This document shows positions 60,801 to 64,000 of a stretch of DNA of 64,000 bases, piece by piece. The translations under genes were made by a program, and so were the position numbers. The stretch is from Candidatus Dormiibacterota bacterium. GTDB taxonomy: Bacteria; Chloroflexota; Dormibacteria; Aeolococcales; Aeolococcaceae. Below the pieces are notes generated by a model. That model saw only the letters and a list, made by a program, of their open reading frames with translations. It made no database searches and was not told the origin of the DNA. Numbering within the stretch: position 1 is the stretch's first letter; every line of letters begins with the position of its first letter. Location: positions 2,944,001 through 3,008,000 of the forward strand of contig OY970355.1 of the NCBI GenBank assembly GCA_963718525.1, in the 5' to 3' direction.

Positions 60801-62131
60801 TTGATGAATCCCTTGTACTGGCGCATCAACAGCTGCGTCTCGATCTGTTTCATCGTGTCGAGGGCCACGCCGACGACGATGAGGATCGCCGTGCCGCCGA
60901 GGTAGAGGCTGGTCGATGGGACGCCGGTGAGGACCGCGGTGAGCAGGGGCAGAATCACCGTGATGAGCGCAAGGAAGAGCGCGCCGGCCAGCGTGATCCT
61001 GCCCATGACCTTGCCGAGATACTCGGCGGTGCTCCTGCCGGGACGGATGCCGGGGATGAACGTCGACTGTTTCTTCAGGTTGTCGGCGACATCGACGGGA
61101 TCGAACACGATCGCCGTGTAGAAATACGTGAAGCCCATCACGAGCACGAAGTAGATGGCGTTGTAGACCACGTTCAGAATGATGTTGCCGCCAGTTGCCT
61201 GCCAGTTGTTGGTGATCCACATGGCAACGCTCTGGGTCCACCCGCCGCTGCTCTGGAAGAGGTTGGCGAAGATGGTCGGGAACGTCATGATCGAGATCGC
61301 GAAGATGATCGGGATGACGCCCGCGGCGTTGACTCGGAGGGGTAAGAAGTTCCGGCGTCCCTGGGACGCCTGCCCGGTTCGCACGTTGAGGACTCGTTGC
61401 GCCGATTGCACCGGTATCTTCCGCTGAGCCTGCTGCACCTCGATCACGCCGGCGGTGACCGCGATGGCGATGACCGCCATGGCGAAGATCTGAAGGATGT
61501 GTCCCGTGCCGCCCGTGCCGCCGTAGCTCACGATCGCCGCCGGCAGCCGCCCGATGATCCCGACGAAGATGATCAGCGAGACGCCGTTGCCGACGCCGTA
61601 CTCCGTGATCAGCTCACCGAGCCACATCGCGATGATCGTGCCTGCGGTGAGCGTGAGGATGATGCTGATCTCGGTCGCGCCAGACGGATTGGCGAGGATG
61701 GCCCCGTCCTTGGTCACCGACGGGTTGGTGAACAGCGCGAGATACCCGAACGCCTGCAGCATCGCCAGCGGCACGGTGAGCCAGCGCGTGTAACGCGTGA
61801 TCTTCTTGCGACCGATCTCCCCTTCCTTGCTCAACTCCTTGAGCCGGACGGAGACCACCGTCATGAGCTGCATGATGATCGTGGCGTTGATGTAGGGATT
61901 CAGGCCCAGAGCGACCAGCGTGAAGCGCTGCAGTCCACCACCGCTGAAGAGGTTGAGCAGGCCGAGCAGGGTGTTGCCCGAGAACAGATCGTTGAGGGCC
62001 CGCGGATTGGTCCCGGGGATCGCGATCGCCGCGAGGATGCGAAACGCTGCCAGCAACCCGAGGGTGAAGAGCAGCTTGCGTCGCAGCTCCGGGATCCGGA
62101 TCGCCTGACCGAGCGCCTCGAGGAGATTCAC
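60797..62131 (-). CDS. secY: Preprotein translocase SecY
   Basis: LGLNPYINATII, GVGNGVSLIIF, AGVIPIIFA, IPGIRPG, GGTAILIVVGV. Confidence 0.98.
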   Translation of the reverse strand: MNLLEALGQAIRIPELRRKLLFTLGLLAAFRILAAIAIPGTNPRALNDLFSGNTLLGLLNLFSGGGLQRFTLVALGLNPYINATIIMQLMTVVSVRLKELSKEGEIGRKKITRYTRWLTVPLAMLQAFGYLALFTNPSVTKDGAILANPSGATEISIILTLTAGTIIAMWLGELITEYGVGNGVSLIIFVGIIGRLPAAIVSYGGTGGTGHILQIFAMAVIAIAVTAGVIEVQQAQRKIPVQSAQRVLNVRTGQASQGRRNFLPLRVNAAGVIPIIFAISIMTFPTIFANLFQSSGGWTQSVAMWITNNWQATGGNIILNVVYNAIYFVLVMGFTYFYTAIVFDPVDVADNLKKQSTFIPGIRPGRSTAEYLGKVMGRITLAGALFLALITVILPLLTAVLTGVPSTSLYLGGTAILIVVGVALDTMKQIETQLLMRQYKGFIK

Positions 62132-62886
62132 TCCGCGTCCTCGGTCTCCGCCTCGTTGTCCTGTGCTGGCTCCTGCTCGACGTCGGGTTCGGTGACGCGG
62201 TCCTCGCGGGTTTTTCGCTTGGTGCCACGCTCGGCGCGACCCTGTGCGGTGGGCTTGGATTCCGAGGTTGACTCGGCGCTCGCTCCGCTCGCTCCCTTGG
62301 CGCGCTTCTTGCCGTCGCCTTTGGGCGCCGGCTCAGCGGGCGTGGCTGGGCGGCTGAGCAACTCGGCACGGGCCACGACCGCGTCAGCTCTGCGCTGGGC
62401 TCGCTTGCCCACCGGTTCCGCATCCTCCGCCGCGGGCTGCGGCCCGAGCAACTCAACCGACCCGCCCGCGGACTCGACGGCGGTACGCGCGGCGGCGGAG
62501 ATCCGGTGGACCCGGAGGGTGAGCGCGTGACGCAGGCGTCCGGCCGCGAGCACCTTGACCGGCGACGAGGCCCGTGGGATCAACCCGGCTTCGGTGAGCA
62601 CGTCGGGATCCACCACCGTGTCCTTCTCGAATCGAACCAGCTTGCCGAGGTTGACCACGACGTACTCGTGCCGCCAGCGGTTGTGGAAGCCACGGAGCTT
62701 TGGCAGACGCTGCTTGAGCGGCATCTGCCCGCCTTCGAAACCGGTGGGAAGCCCCACGCTCGAGCGGGAGCCCTGGCCCTTCTGGCCGCGGCCGCTGGTC
62801 TTACCCTGGCCGGCACCCTGGCCTCGACCCACGCGTTTGCGCGGCTTGCGGCTGCCCTTCGCCGGGCTCAGCTCGTGGAGCTTCAC
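62128..62886 (-). CDS. rplO: 50S ribosomal protein L15 with long C-terminal extension
   Basis: [31 protein letters not shown]. Confidence 0.96.
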   Translation of the reverse strand: MKLHELSPAKGSRKPRKRVGRGQGAGQGKTSGRGQKGQGSRSSVGLPTGFEGGQMPLKQRLPKLRGFHNRWRHEYVVVNLGKLVRFEKDTVVDPDVLTEAGLIPRASSPVKVLAAGRLRHALTLRVHRISAAARTAVESAGGSVELLGPQPAAEDAEPVGKRAQRRADAVVARAELLSRPATPAEPAPKGDGKKRAKGASGASAESTSESKPTAQGRAERGTKRKTREDRVTEPDVEQEPAQDNEAETEDAE

Positions 62887-63128
62887 GCCGCAGCCTCCGG
62901 CGCCGATGCAAGTTCCTGGAGGAGGGCGACGCCGGCCGGGGAATCCGCGGGCTCGCCGTTGACGGCAACCAGGTGGCGAACCTTGTGGACCATCCCGCGG
63001 ATCGAGGGCGTGGCCTCGTGCTCGACCGTGTGGTTGAGCTTGCGCAGGCCGAGCGCCGCGAGCGTTGCCTTCTGGTCCCAGGCGTAGCCGATGGCGCTCT
63101 TGCGATAGGTCACGCGAACGGTGCTCAC
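62883..63128 (-). CDS. rpmD: 50S ribosomal protein L30
   Basis: [26 protein letters not shown]. Confidence 0.95.
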   Translation of the reverse strand: MSTVRVTYRKSAIGYAWDQKATLAALGLRKLNHTVEHEATPSIRGMVHKVRHLVAVNGEPADSPAGVALLQELASAPEAAA

Positions 63129-63715
63129 GGCGCCACCATCTCGGCGGCCGGAGTCTCGGGCACGGCCGGCGTCCTGCCGAGCATGCGGTCGGCCATCTTC
63201 CGACTGCCGACGATCTGCTCCGGGGTCCGGCCCCGAAGCTCGGCCACGGAGGCGAGGGTTCGGAGGCTGGCGAGCGCCGACACGGTTGCCCGCACGACGT
63301 TGATCGGATTGTCGGTCCCGAGGCTTTTGGTGAGGATGTCCTTGATCCCCGCGGCCTCGACGACTGCGCGCATCGAGCTGCCGCTGATGACTCCGGTGCC
63401 CGGAACGCCCGGCTTGAGCATCACCTTGGCAGCGCCGAGCTTGTAGCGCACCTCGTGCGGGATCGTGGTCCCGACCATCGGCACGGTGATCATGTGTTTC
63501 TTGGCATCGTCCACACCCTTGCGGATGGCGTCCGGCACCTCGCCGGCCTTCCCCAGGCCCGCGCCGACGCGCCCCTTGCCGTCACCGACGACGACCAGCG
63601 CGCTGAACGAGAACCGGCGCCCGCCCTTGACCACTTTGGCGACACGGTTGAGCGAGACGATCTTCTCCTGAAACTCGCTGCTGCGATCATCGCGACGATC
63701 CATGCGCATGCCCAT
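63125..63715 (-). CDS. rpsE: 30S ribosomal protein S5
   Basis: [33 protein letters not shown]. Confidence 0.97.
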   Translation of the reverse strand: MGMRMDRRDDRSSEFQEKIVSLNRVAKVVKGGRRFSFSALVVVGDGKGRVGAGLGKAGEVPDAIRKGVDDAKKHMITVPMVGTTIPHEVRYKLGAAKVMLKPGVPGTGVISGSSMRAVVEAAGIKDILTKSLGTDNPINVVRATVSALASLRTLASVAELRGRTPEQIVGSRKMADRMLGRTPAVPETPAAEMVAP

Positions 63716-64000
63716 CAGAACTTCAACCCGCCCTCGCGGGCTGCCTCTGCGAGGGCCTTGACCCGCCCGTGGAAGAGATAGCCGGCGCGGTCGAACACCA
63801 CGGTGTCCACGCCGGCCGCCTTGGCGCGCTCCGAGATCGTCTTGCCGATGGCGGCCGCTCCCGCGGTGGTGCACGCATTCGCATCACCGAGCACCGAGCG
63901 GAGTGCCGGCTCGGTGGTGGAAGCGGCAACCAAGGTGCGACCGTTCTCGTCGTCGACGAGCTGTGCGCCGATGTGCCTGAGGCTGCGGAACACCGCGAGG
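63715..64000 (-). CDS. rplR: 50S ribosomal protein L18 (5' end outside window)
   Basis: [39 protein letters not shown]. Confidence 0.96.
   Translation of the reverse strand, partial: LAVFRSLRHIGAQLVDDENGRTLVAASTTEPALRSVLGDANACTTAGAAAIGKTISERAKAAGVDTVVFDRAGYLFHGRVKALAEAAREGGLKF

Overview
A 64-kb window of a high-GC, monoderm-type bacterial chromosome. Gene content and order resemble Ca. Dormibacterota/Chloroflexota/Actinomycetota; this is inference only. Positions 1-15.8 kb are an accessory, stress-type region downstream of tRNA-Phe: ABC exporter + TetR, USP, CBS-BON protein, flavodoxin, an ArsR-DUF1272 fusion under three abutting palindromic boxes, a Vgb-like lipoprotein and a large STAND NTPase. 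Positions 16-41 kb hold dtd, an NrtR-like regulator, a two-component system with a MacAB-like cluster, tRNA-Val, rpiA, lipAB, pruA, a 2-oxoacid dehydrogenase operon, ftsEX, prfB (programmed frameshift), a GuaB/GuaC-like enzyme and a GGDEF-EAL protein. Positions 46.8-64 kb are core genome: secA, comF and the spc/alpha/S9-L13 ribosomal clusters. Highlight 1: a ~5.3-kb integrative element (tyrosine integrase, Xis, Rep_trans/MOBT relaxase, ICEBs1/Tn916-like nick hairpin, matching arm sites) inserted in the SEC-C-coding 3' end of secA. It replaces the SecA C-terminus (displaced YKFCHGK*, current YKYCHGRA*). Its cargo is a candidate ADP-ribosyltransferase-like toxin/partner pair, a DUF6941-like protein and a cytoplasmic trypsin-like protease. 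Highlight 2: six apparent gene disruptions all fall on GACTC/GAGTC, which points to DNA-modification-linked sequencing errors rather than real pseudogenes. All family assignments come from motif recognition by eye; no database searches were run.
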